Shown here: one piece after another, positions 33,188 through 45,691 of the stretch
Layout: each line of letters begins with the position of its first letter
Numbering within the stretch: the stretch's first letter is position 1
From: an uncultured delta proteobacterium
Lineage (GTDB): Bacteria; Myxococcota; Myxococcia; Myxococcales; Anaeromyxobacteraceae
Length of the DNA stretch: 64,000 nucleotides
NCBI GenBank assembly: GCA_963845515.1
Contig: CAWJSR010000040.1
Span: 1-64,000 of the forward strand
Reading direction: 5' to 3'
The notes under the pieces: model-generated
The model's input: only the letters and a program-made list of their open reading frames with translations
What the model was told of the DNA's origin: nothing
Database searches by the model: none
Program-made: the position numbers and the translations under genes

Positions 33188-33793
33188 GTGGTCATGGTTT
33201 CTGACAGCCTCATCGCCGCCCTCACCCTCAAGGAGACGTCCGTCCTATCCGGCGCGCCGGAGAAGTCCATTCGGCACGAGCTTGCGGCGCACGTCGTCAG
33301 GGCGGCGCGCTCGGGGCGCCACCGCCGGTTCAGCGTGCGGGACGTCGTCTACTTCTTCCTCGTGAACGAGCTGCCGGTCGGGCTCGACAAGTCGCTGCGG
33401 AAGGAGCTCTTCGACCTCCTCGCCGCCAACAAGGAGCGGGCGGGTCGCTGGCGCCGCGAGCCGCACCGGCTCGTGCTCGACGGAGACGTCCCCGTGGTCC
33501 TGCCTACCGACGACCTGGTGAAGCGGGTGGAGGAGCGGGTCGGTACCTTCCTGAGGGGCCGCGACCGGGTCGTCTCGCGCCCCGAGATCCTCGGCGGAGA
33601 GCCGGTCTTCGACGGGACGCGCGTCTCGGTGCGCTTCGTCGGTGAGCGGGCCCGCAAGGGCGAGTCGGTGAAGGAGCTCCTCGAGGACTACCCCGCGCTC
33701 AAGGCCGACGACATCGCGTTCGCCGGGATGTACGTGGCGCTCGGCCGGCCGCCCGGTCGCCCCAGGAAGAAGCCCAGGTTCGTCCGAGGGTGA
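33188..33793 (+). CDS. DUF433 antitoxin with N-terminal MerR-like HTH
   Basis: PEILGGEPVFDGTRVSV...LLEDYPAL. Confidence 0.85.
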   Translation: MVMVSDSLIAALTLKETSVLSGAPEKSIRHELAAHVVRAARSGRHRRFSVRDVVYFFLVNELPVGLDKSLRKELFDLLAANKERAGRWRREPHRLVLDGDVPVVLPTDDLVKRVEERVGTFLRGRDRVVSRPEILGGEPVFDGTRVSVRFVGERARKGESVKELLEDYPALKADDIAFAGMYVALGRPPGRPRKKPRFVRG

Positions 33794-33796
33794 CGG

Positions 33797-34174
33797 GTGA
33801 AGGTCCTCGTCGACGAGAACCTCTCGCCGGAGCTGGTCCGGCGGCTCGCCGACAAGGGCGTGACCGCGGCCCATGTCGCTCACATCGGCATGCCGGGCGC
33901 GAGCGACCCCGAGGTCTGGCGCTACGCCTTCGAGCACGACCAGATCGTCGTGACCATCAACGCCGCCGACTTCCTGCACCTCGCCGCCGACGTCGAGCTG
34001 CATCCCGGCCTCGTCGTGCTGCGCGTGACCGGCGGCCTGTCGCGCGCGGAGCAGTGGGCGTGGCTGGAGCCGGTCATCGACTGGCTGATCGCCTCGGTCG
34101 AGCCACTCGTGAACAAGGCGGTCGTGGTGACCGGCAAGGGCAAGTTCACCTGCGTGGACCTGCCGGAGCCGTAG
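33797..34174 (+). CDS. DUF5615 PIN-like toxin (VapC45-like)
   Basis: MKVLVDENLS, ASDPEVW, VVTINAADF and HPGLVVLR; coupled to the DUF433 gene. Confidence 0.85.
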   Translation: MKVLVDENLSPELVRRLADKGVTAAHVAHIGMPGASDPEVWRYAFEHDQIVVTINAADFLHLAADVELHPGLVVLRVTGGLSRAEQWAWLEPVIDWLIASVEPLVNKAVVVTGKGKFTCVDLPEP

Positions 34175-34299
34175 CGACTCCGAACGCGGCCCCGCGTGAT
34201 GACGTTCGGCAGGCCCGGCAGTTCTTCTTCTCCTCGGCCGCGGGCCTCCTCGCGCTGGAAGTCACCGTCCTCGCGGAGGACGGACGTCCCGCAACCGAT

Positions 34300-34830
34300 T
34301 CACCGAACCTGCGCGTCGGGAGGCGGGAGCGGACCTCGAAACTTGATGTACTGGTGTCCCTTCTCGGTCACCTGGATGGCATCGCCCTTCTGTTCGACGA
34401 GACGGTGTTTGCGCAATGCGGCGAGGATGGCGTCCAGCTCCGCGGCGTCGTACAGCACGTCCAGCGTTTCTGTCGTGGTGCCCGAACCTGCGGCAATCGT
34501 CTCGAGCAGCCACACCGAATCGCGCGCAAGAGAGTGGTTGAGGTACCGGAGACTCCCACGTGTGGCTTCTGCCTGATAGGCAGCGATCGTGTTCTGGATC
34601 TGCTCCGGGGTCGGGTTCTCCGGCACCGCGAGAGCGGGAGGCGGGAGCGGGAGCGTCAGCGCGCTCACGCAGCGACCTTGTCGGCTCGGGATTCCCAGGA
34701 CACCTCGCTTCCGCCCGGGAGGCGCAGCTTGGCGATTCGCGAGAGGAGGTCGCGCAGGTCCTTCGTGAACATCTCGATCACCGTCATGCCGAGGAACGCC
34801 GGTGACAACCGGCAGCGACCGACCGCGCGC
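34300..34830 (-). pseudogene. Degraded TM + C-terminal winged-helix protein
   Basis: AFLGMTVIEMFTKDLRDLLSRIAKLRLPGGSEVS* is followed, in another frame, by ...LAALRKHRLVEQKGDAIQVTEKGHQYIKFRG. Confidence 0.5.
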
Positions 34831-35614
34831 ACGTCTCGGCCAGGATCTGTCCGACTCCACGACGAGGCAGCGGCAGCAGGTTCAGGCGAGACGGTCGAGG
34901 TCCCGAGCAGCTCCGAACCGAGGACCGGCCCTCATCCTCCAAGGACAGCACGGCGCGACAAGGACCGGCGCGCGGCGCCTCCGTCGCGCCGCCGCGCGGA
35001 TTTGCCGAGGAGTGCGTTGGCTCACGACCCCGAGCGAACGGACGGGCCTCCGTGTGAGCAGACTCAATGGTCGCCTACTTCTTCTTCTTCGTGCAGTCAA
35101 GTCTGTAATGCTCTCACGCCGCTGCTCTCGCTCACCCCGTGATCGGGGGCGGCTTCCGGCTCATCCAGTCACATCCTTCACTCCTGAAAGATCGCGCGGA
35201 GCGTCACGCGGACCTCACGAGACCGCCGTCCTCCCGGGTCGTTGCATCGTCCCAGCGGAGGTCTCCTCTCGCTCTGCATTCTTCTTCACCGCATCGGGAG
35301 CCTTCACGGTTCGCGACGCCGCCTCACTCCTCTCCCCATGCCGCACTTCAGGACTTCGCCGCTCGCACGGCGGGCTCTGGGCTCCGTGTAGTTCAGGTCC
35401 TGTGGATCAACTTCGAGAGTTGCGGCGCGGCAAGCATGAACACTCCCTGTGCTCCTTTACCCTAACCCGGTACGGGTGTGACACCGGGAGCGTAGCACCG
35501 CCGGGTAGGTCTACGTCGGCTTCCAGTGCCTCGTCAAGTCGCCCTTCGCTCCTGTGGAGTGGAGGTTGTAGTGGGGACCCGAAGCGGACCGATCCGCCGC
35601 GGGGCAGCCGCGGC

Positions 35615-36040
35615 TCAGTCCTTCTTCCCGCCCTGGATCACCCCGAAGCGCGGTCGCTTCCGCTCTGGGGCGCGCAGCTGGCCGGCGAGGACCGCTTCCC
35701 ACGGGACGGCGCAGTCGGTCCTGCGGCCGCGGAAGGTCAGGTTGGCGCGGATGCCCCACTCGTCCATGAGCAGCTCCGGCGTGTCGCGCCCAGCGACCAG
35801 GTTCACCCGGATGAGCTCCTCGTCGTGGAGGTACTCCGGCAGCACTACGCCCGGAGTGGCCGGGGCCACGACGACCCACTCGACCGCGGGAGCCGTCCGG
35901 CAGGCCTCCAGCATCTCCGCGTGCCTGCGCTGAAGGGCGTAGAAGTGGAGCGCCCCCTCGGCCCAGGCCGGGCATTCCGGGAGGCAGCGTCCGTCCGCCG
36001 GGTGGTCGTGGCGCGAGTCCAAGGTCACCTCGCTTACCAC
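35615..36040 (-). CDS. SspB-like ClpXP adaptor
   Basis: PGVVLPEYL...IRVNL...LMDEWGIRANLTFRG...VPWEAV, with a tail RPRFGVIQGGK. Next to tig-clpPX. Confidence 0.65.
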   Translation of the reverse strand: MVSEVTLDSRHDHPADGRCLPECPAWAEGALHFYALQRRHAEMLEACRTAPAVEWVVVAPATPGVVLPEYLHDEELIRVNLVAGRDTPELLMDEWGIRANLTFRGRRTDCAVPWEAVLAGQLRAPERKRPRFGVIQGGKKD

Positions 36041-36089
36041 GCCACTTGGGCCAAGTCGCGCAGTCCGTGGTAAAGGAGCGCGCAGAGCC

Positions 36090-36170
36090 GGGCGGGTGGC
36101 GGAATGGCAGACGCGCCGGACTTAGGATCCGGTGCCGAAAGGCGTGAGGGTTCGACCCCCTCCCCGCCCA
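36090..36170 (+). tRNA. tRNA-Leu(UAG)
   Basis: Anticodon arm CCGGA-CTTAGGA-TCCGG; long variable arm; upstream of tig. Confidence 0.95.
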
Positions 36171-36237
36171 AATACCCTTGACCGCCACCCCGCGCGCCAG
36201 TACCTCTAGCCCCTTTCCGCACAGGTCCAATACGAAC

Positions 36238-37533
36238 ATGAAGATCCAGGTCGAAGCCGTCTCCCCCATCGAGAAGAAGGTCACCGTCGAGATCGACGCG
36301 GCGCAGGTCGCGAAGGAGATCGATCGCGCCTACGTCGGCCTCGGCCGCAAGGTCAAGCTCCCCGGCTTCCGGCAGGGCAAGGTCCCGCGGAACGTGCTCG
36401 TCCGGAACTTCCGCGGCGAGGTCGAGCGCGAGGTGGTGGAGAAGCTGGTCAACGAGAGCTTCGCCGAGGCGGTCAAGACCGAGAAGATCGACCCGGTCGC
36501 CTCGCCGTCCGTGTCGCTCGCCGACGGGACGTTCGACGCCGAGAAGCCGCTCAAGTACACGGCCAACGTCGAGGTGAAGCCGAGCCTGGCCCCCCGCGAC
36601 TACCGCGGCCTCGAGGTCACCCACACGCCCGGCGCCGTCACGGAGGCGATGGTGGACGAGGAGCTGCAGAAGCTCCTCGAATCCGCCAGCACGCTCCAGC
36701 CGGTCGAGGGTCGGGACGTCGCCGAGAAGGGCGACTGGGCGACGATCGACCACGAGGGGACGATCGACGGCAAGCCGTTCGCCGGCGCGACCGCGCAGGG
36801 CGTCACGGTGCGCGTGCAGGAGGGGAAGCTCGAGGAGGGCAACTTCGGCCAGCTCGAGGCGAAGAAGCTCGGCGAGACCGTCGAGTTCGACCACGCGTTC
36901 GCGGCCGACTACAGGATGCCCGAGGTCGCCGGCAAGACCGCGCTCTTCAAGGTCGTCATCAAGGGGCTGAAGACCCGCCAGGCGCCGGCGCTCGACGACG
37001 TGTTCGCGAAGCAGGTCGGAGTCCCTGGCGTCGAGACGGTGGACCAGCTCCGCGCCCGCATTCGCGCCGACATCGAGCAGCGCGAGAAGCAGAAGTCCGA
37101 GTCGGAGCTGCGCGACGCGCTCGTGAAGGCCGCGCTGGCGAAGAACGACTTCGAGGTCCCGCCGGCGCTCGTCGAGCGGACGATCGACTCGATGATCGAG
37201 TCCACGGCCGAGCGGCTCGCGCGCTCCGGGATCGACCTGAGGCACCTCCAGCTCGACCTTCCGCGGCTCCGTGCAGACCTGCGCGAGAAGGCGCTCCAGC
37301 AGGTCCGCGGGGCGCTGCTGCTCGAGGCCATCGCCGAGGCCGAGAAGATCGAGGTGGGTGAGGAGGATCTCGAGAAGGAGATCGCCCGGATCGCCGGCGA
37401 CCACGGCATCCCCCTCGAAAGGGCCAAGAAGGACTTCCGCGGCAAGGACGCGCTCGCCGCGCTACACGTCCGGATCCTGGAGGAGAAGGCGCTCGCCGTC
37501 CTCTCGTCCAGCGCTACCATCAAGTCCGCCTGA
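36238..37533 (+). CDS. tig: Trigger factor
   Basis: Motifs [10 protein letters not shown] and [10 protein letters not shown]; position upstream of clpP. Confidence 0.95.
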   Translation: MKIQVEAVSPIEKKVTVEIDAAQVAKEIDRAYVGLGRKVKLPGFRQGKVPRNVLVRNFRGEVEREVVEKLVNESFAEAVKTEKIDPVASPSVSLADGTFDAEKPLKYTANVEVKPSLAPRDYRGLEVTHTPGAVTEAMVDEELQKLLESASTLQPVEGRDVAEKGDWATIDHEGTIDGKPFAGATAQGVTVRVQEGKLEEGNFGQLEAKKLGETVEFDHAFAADYRMPEVAGKTALFKVVIKGLKTRQAPALDDVFAKQVGVPGVETVDQLRARIRADIEQREKQKSESELRDALVKAALAKNDFEVPPALVERTIDSMIESTAERLARSGIDLRHLQLDLPRLRADLREKALQQVRGALLLEAIAEAEKIEVGEEDLEKEIARIAGDHGIPLERAKKDFRGKDALAALHVRILEEKALAVLSSSATIKSA

Positions 37534-37549
37534 CCCGAGGGGAGCAGCG

Positions 37550-38158
37550 ATGCCTTACATCCCGATGCCGATGGTGATCGAGCAGACCCACCGCGGGGAG
37601 CGCGCGTACGACATCTACTCGCGCCTCCTCAAGGACCGGATCGTCTTCCTCGGCACCCCCATCGACGACGACGTCGCGAACGTCGTCATCGCCCAGCTCC
37701 TCTTCCTGGAGTCGGAGGATCCGGACAAGGACATCCACGTCTACATCAACAGCCCGGGCGGCTCGGTGACGTCGGGGCTCGCGATCTTCGACACGATGCA
37801 GTACGTGAAGGCGCCCATCTCGACCATCTGCCTCGGCCAGGCCGCGAGCATGGGAGCGTTCCTCCTCGCGGGCGGCGCCCACGGCAAGCGCTTCGCGGTC
37901 CCGAACGCGCGGATCATGATCCACCAGCCGATGGGTGGGTTCCAGGGGCAGGCCACCGACATCGAGATCCAGACGAAGGAGATCCTGCGGCTGAAGGCCA
38001 AGCTGAACGAGCTCCTCGCACATCACACCGGGCAGCCCCTCGAGAAGATCACGAAGGACACCGACCGCGACTACTTCATGGGGCCTGAAGAGGCCAAGGC
38101 TTACGGGCTGATAGACGAAGTCTTCGTCCGTAGGAAGGCGCCGGAACCGAAGCCCTAG
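37550..38158 (+). CDS. clpP: ClpP protease
   Basis: Motifs [26 protein letters not shown] and IMIHQP. Confidence 0.98.
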   Translation: MPYIPMPMVIEQTHRGERAYDIYSRLLKDRIVFLGTPIDDDVANVVIAQLLFLESEDPDKDIHVYINSPGGSVTSGLAIFDTMQYVKAPISTICLGQAASMGAFLLAGGAHGKRFAVPNARIMIHQPMGGFQGQATDIEIQTKEILRLKAKLNELLAHHTGQPLEKITKDTDRDYFMGPEEAKAYGLIDEVFVRRKAPEPKP

Positions 38159-38212
38159 TAGAATGGATGGGGACGCGGCCTCTAAGAGCCGCCCCGACCG
38201 GAGGCCTGTACT

Positions 38213-39451
<1,239 letters not shown>

Positions 39452-39613
39452 CGCTCTCCCGCCGCACCCGGAGTCCCGACACCCACCCGCGCGCCCTTCC
39501 CGGGGCGCGCGGGACCCGATTGCACCCGATGGCGCCGGCCCGGCATCGCCCGGGAGGTCGATGCCCGCGCGTCCGTTCGGTGTTAGAAGGATCCTTCGAA
39601 AGGAGCACCGTTC

Positions 39614-42061
<2,448 letters not shown>

Positions 42062-42066
42062 AGGCG

Positions 42067-42867
42067 CTACTCCGCCGGCAGCCGCGCGTAGTACCTGTGC
42101 GCTCCGCGCGCGCTGGGGAGCGGCGTCAGGCCGAGCCGCGCGAGATCCCAACCCGGCGCGCCGTCCTTCACCACCACCCAGCGGCGGGCCACGCGCCGCG
42201 CTCGCGTCACCGCCTCCGGCGTGAGCGGGCTGGGGTCGGCGAGTCTCCGCAGGACGTCGAAGCCGCCAGGCGCCGCGCGCGCATGCCGAAACATCGGGTC
42301 GAAGAGGACGACGTCGAAGCTCTTGTCCGGCAGGGCGTTCAGCAGCTCTCCGTGGAGGGCGGCGCGAACCTCGATGCGGCCCGCTGCGGGCAGCCGCGAG
42401 CGCGCGAGCCCCTCGGCCACCCACGCCGCCAGTGCCCGGCTTCCCTCGATCCCCACCACGCGCCCCGAGGAGCCGGCCGCCACCGCGGCGACGAGCGCGT
42501 CGGCGCCCAGCCCCAGCGTGCAGTCGAGGACCGCGTCCCCCTCCCGGATGCCCGTCGCCTCGAAGAACGGGTCGCGCTCGGCGCCGTCGGCGGGCGGCCC
42601 CTCCGCGAGCTGCCGGGCGACCCGCTTCGCCCGCAACGCCCCCATCCCGGGTGACCAGACGTGAACGCGCTCCCCGGGTGGAAGCACCAGGCTCGCACCG
42701 CGACGCGTGAGCACCAGCAACCCCTCGACGCCCTCCTCCTCACGCAGCTGGGCCGTAGAGCGCGCTCCGCGCGTGGCGAGCAGCAGCCCCCACCGCCGCG
42801 CGGCCACGCTGGCGGCCTCCGCCTCCTCGGGGGAGGGGTGCAACGAGGTCGTGACGGCGATCCTCAC
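42067..42867 (-). CDS. Class I SAM methyltransferase (RsmJ-like)
   Basis: Motifs [12 protein letters not shown] and [10 protein letters not shown]. Confidence 0.8.
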   Translation of the reverse strand: MRIAVTTSLHPSPEEAEAASVAARRWGLLLATRGARSTAQLREEEGVEGLLVLTRRGASLVLPPGERVHVWSPGMGALRAKRVARQLAEGPPADGAERDPFFEATGIREGDAVLDCTLGLGADALVAAVAAGSSGRVVGIEGSRALAAWVAEGLARSRLPAAGRIEVRAALHGELLNALPDKSFDVVLFDPMFRHARAAPGGFDVLRRLADPSPLTPEAVTRARRVARRWVVVKDGAPGWDLARLGLTPLPSARGAHRYYARLPAE

Positions 42868-42988
42868 GCTCCCCCCAATGCCTTGCCTCGTCGAGGATCG
42901 CAAGGAGAGGGGTTGCGCGAGCGACCAGCGCCCGGTAGCGTTCGGCCCCTTGATCGCGGCGATCCACCGCGCCAGCCCGAGTGCACGC

Positions 42989-43993
42989 ATGACCCTTCCC
43001 GCCTGCCCCGTACACGATCCCGTCGCCAACCCGGAGGGCGGCAGCGATCTCTCCCCGGAAGCAGTCCGCGAGCTGGAAGCCGAGATCCGCGCGCTGGCGA
43101 GGGAGAAGGACGCGGTCATCCTCGCGCACAACTACCAGCTGCCCGAGGTGCAGGGGATCGCGGACCACGTCGGCGACTCGCTCCAGCTCGCGATCGTCGG
43201 GAAGAGCGTGCCGCAGTCGACCATCGTCTTCTGCGGCGTCCACTTCATGGCGGAGTCGGCGAAGGTGCTCGCGCCGGGGAAGCGCGTGCTCCTCCCCAAC
43301 CTCTCCGCCGGCTGCTCGCTCGCGGACTCGATCACCGCGGAGTCGCTCGAGGACTGGCGGGCCCGCTACCCGGACCACGCCGTCGTGACCTACGTGAACT
43401 CGACGGCCGAGGTGAAGGCTCTCTCGGACATCTGCTGCACCAGCGCCAACGCCGCGAGCGTGGTCCGCTCCCTGCCGCAGCAGAAGATCATCTTCACCCC
43501 GGACAGGAACCTCGGCGCATGGGTGAAGTCGAAGGTCCCCGAGAAGGAGATCGTGATCTACGACGGGTGCTGCCCGGTCCATGACGTCCTCCGGAGCGCC
43601 AGCGTAGAGCGGGTGAAGCGCGCGAAGCCGGGGGCCGTGATCATCGCCCACCCGGAGTGCCGCGCAGACGTGCTCGCGATGGCCGACGAGGTCTGCTCGA
43701 CCACGGCGATGCTCGGCGCGGTGGAGCGGCACCCCCAGGCGCACACCTTCATCGTCGCGACCGAGCACGGCATCGTCCACCAGCTGAAGCTGAAGTACCC
43801 CGACCGCGAGTTCGTCGTCGCGGACGGCTGCATCGGCTGCCGCATGCACTGTCCCTACATGAAGATGATCGACCTGATCATGGTGCGCGACGCGCTGGTG
43901 CGCGGGAAGCACGAGATCAGGGTTCCGGACGACGTCGCCGAAGGCGCGAGGCGCGCCCTGGAGCGCATGATCGCCGTCCCGCGCGACGCGTAG
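42989..43993 (+). CDS. nadA: Quinolinate synthase
   Basis: Motifs ILAHNYQ, FCGVHFMAE, GCSLAD, YVNS, HPEC and CPYMK. Confidence 0.97.
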   Translation: MTLPACPVHDPVANPEGGSDLSPEAVRELEAEIRALAREKDAVILAHNYQLPEVQGIADHVGDSLQLAIVGKSVPQSTIVFCGVHFMAESAKVLAPGKRVLLPNLSAGCSLADSITAESLEDWRARYPDHAVVTYVNSTAEVKALSDICCTSANAASVVRSLPQQKIIFTPDRNLGAWVKSKVPEKEIVIYDGCCPVHDVLRSASVERVKRAKPGAVIIAHPECRADVLAMADEVCSTTAMLGAVERHPQAHTFIVATEHGIVHQLKLKYPDREFVVADGCIGCRMHCPYMKMIDLIMVRDALVRGKHEIRVPDDVAEGARRALERMIAVPRDA

Positions 43994-44020
43994 GGCGCAC
44001 GGCCGCGTGCATCACCGGTT

Positions 44021-44049
44021 TTGACACCCCCCGGGGCCGGACCTATAAG
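44021..44049 (+). promoter_or_regulatory. Sigma70-type promoter
   Basis: TTGACA-17-TATAAG just upstream of the ATG at 44059. Confidence 0.55.
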
Positions 44050-44058
44050 CGATCCGTG

Positions 44059-45691
44059 ATGAATCGGATCAAGCTCTGGGTCTATGTGCTGGTCGTCGTG
44101 GGCGTCGGTGGGTGGGCGATCCGCGGCAGCTCAATCACCTCGACCGCGCGCGCCATCGGCGCCGCCGACGCGCGCCTGCTGTCCGCGGTCGGGCAGCTCG
44201 ACGGCAGCCTGAAGCTCATCCAGAGCCGCGCCGCGGCGGTCGCCGCCCTGGCGGCGCTGGACGACCGGCTCATCTCGGCGCTGGCGGCGCAGCCGGCGCC
44301 CCCCAGGGCCGCGAAGGCAAAGGGGAAGAAGGCGCCGGCGCGCCCGGCGGCGCCTCGCGACGAGGAGGCGGAGGAGCGCGCCCTCGAGGGGGCCGCGCGC
44401 AGCGCCGTCGACGCGGCCGAGAAGGCGCTCGGCTTCGAGCTGCCCCCGCTCTCGTTCTATGCGGCCGCGGACAGGGGTGGCATCGCGAAGAAGCTGAAGG
44501 CCGGCGCCGACGGACCCCAGCGGGAGGCAGTGGCCTTCCTCGCCGACGCCGCGAAGGGCAGGCCGCGCCGCGCCTTCGCTCGCGTCAACGACGGGCTCTG
44601 GTACGGGGTCGGGATCCCGATGAAGGGTGGCGGGGCGCTCGTCCTCTTCGTCCCGCTCGGCGAGGACTGGGCGCGCGGCTTCAACGCCGGCGCTGGCGTC
44701 GACGTCACGCTCTCGGTCGGCCTGCCGAAGGCGGTGACGACGCTCCCGCCAGCGGACGCCAGGCAGATCTCCGCGGCGGCGCTCGTCCGCGCGGGCACGA
44801 TCGCCGACGCAGGCAAGCTCCCGCGGATCGACGCCGGCTTCGTCCTGCCGTTCAAGGTCCCGCCGGTTCCGCTCGTCTTCGGGAGGGCGCCGGGCGCCAG
44901 GGCCCAGGCCGTCGCGCTGACCGGGGTGAAGGACGGCTACGCGGTCCTCTCGGCCCCGGTCGCGCCCCTGCTCGCCGGCGTCGCGAAGGCCGAGTGGGGC
45001 GGGCTCACCCTCCTGGCCGGCGCCCTCGCGCTCGGGGCCGTGGTCTCGCTCCTGATCCGCTCCGAGGCGGCGGCGCAGGTCCCCGCAGACCTGCTGCAGG
45101 CGGCCGCCCGGATCGAGCGCGGCGACTTCGGCGCGCGCGTGCCCACCATGGCCGGCAAGTACGGCACGGTGGCGGCGGCGCTCAACCGTGCCGCCGACGC
45201 GGCCTCTCACGTCGCGGCGGCCGTCGGATCGCCGGACGGGACGCAGCAGTTCTTCGGGCGCGCCTCGACCCACCCGGAGGAGGCCGGGCCCGATGGCTAC
45301 GAATCTCAGGCCCGCGTCGCCGATGGCCGCCCCCCACGTGGCCGCCGTCGTCCCAGCCGCCGACCCGACGCCGCGCGCCTTCTCGACCACGTCGCGCATG
45401 GACGGCTCGGCCCTCGCGGGCATGCTCGGCGCGCCGCCGGAGCCTCCGCCCGCCCCGCTGGATCCCGAGGCGGCGGAGGAGGAGCGTCACTGGGAGCAGA
45501 CCTTCGACGAGTTCCTGCGCATCCGCGAGGAGTGCGGCGAGGCGTCGGACGGCCTCACCTTCGACCGCTTCCGCGTGAAGCTCGAGAAGAACAAGGACAC
45601 CCTCGTCCAGAAGTACGGTTGCCGGACGGTGCGGTTCCAGGTCTACGTGAAGGAAGGCAAGGCGGCGCTGAAGGCGACGCCGGTCAAGTAG
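44059..45691 (+). CDS. MXAN_5187-family membrane protein (HAMP-like + conserved C-terminal domain); frameshift near 45300-45335
   Basis: Two TMs and a HAMP-like segment. The C-terminus FDRFRVKLEKNK...KYGCRTVRFQVYVKEGKAALKATPV is in another frame. Confidence 0.75.

Noticed and set aside
32993..36089. Prophage or active integrative element at the tRNA cluster
   Set aside because: No integrase, phage genes or visible att duplication.
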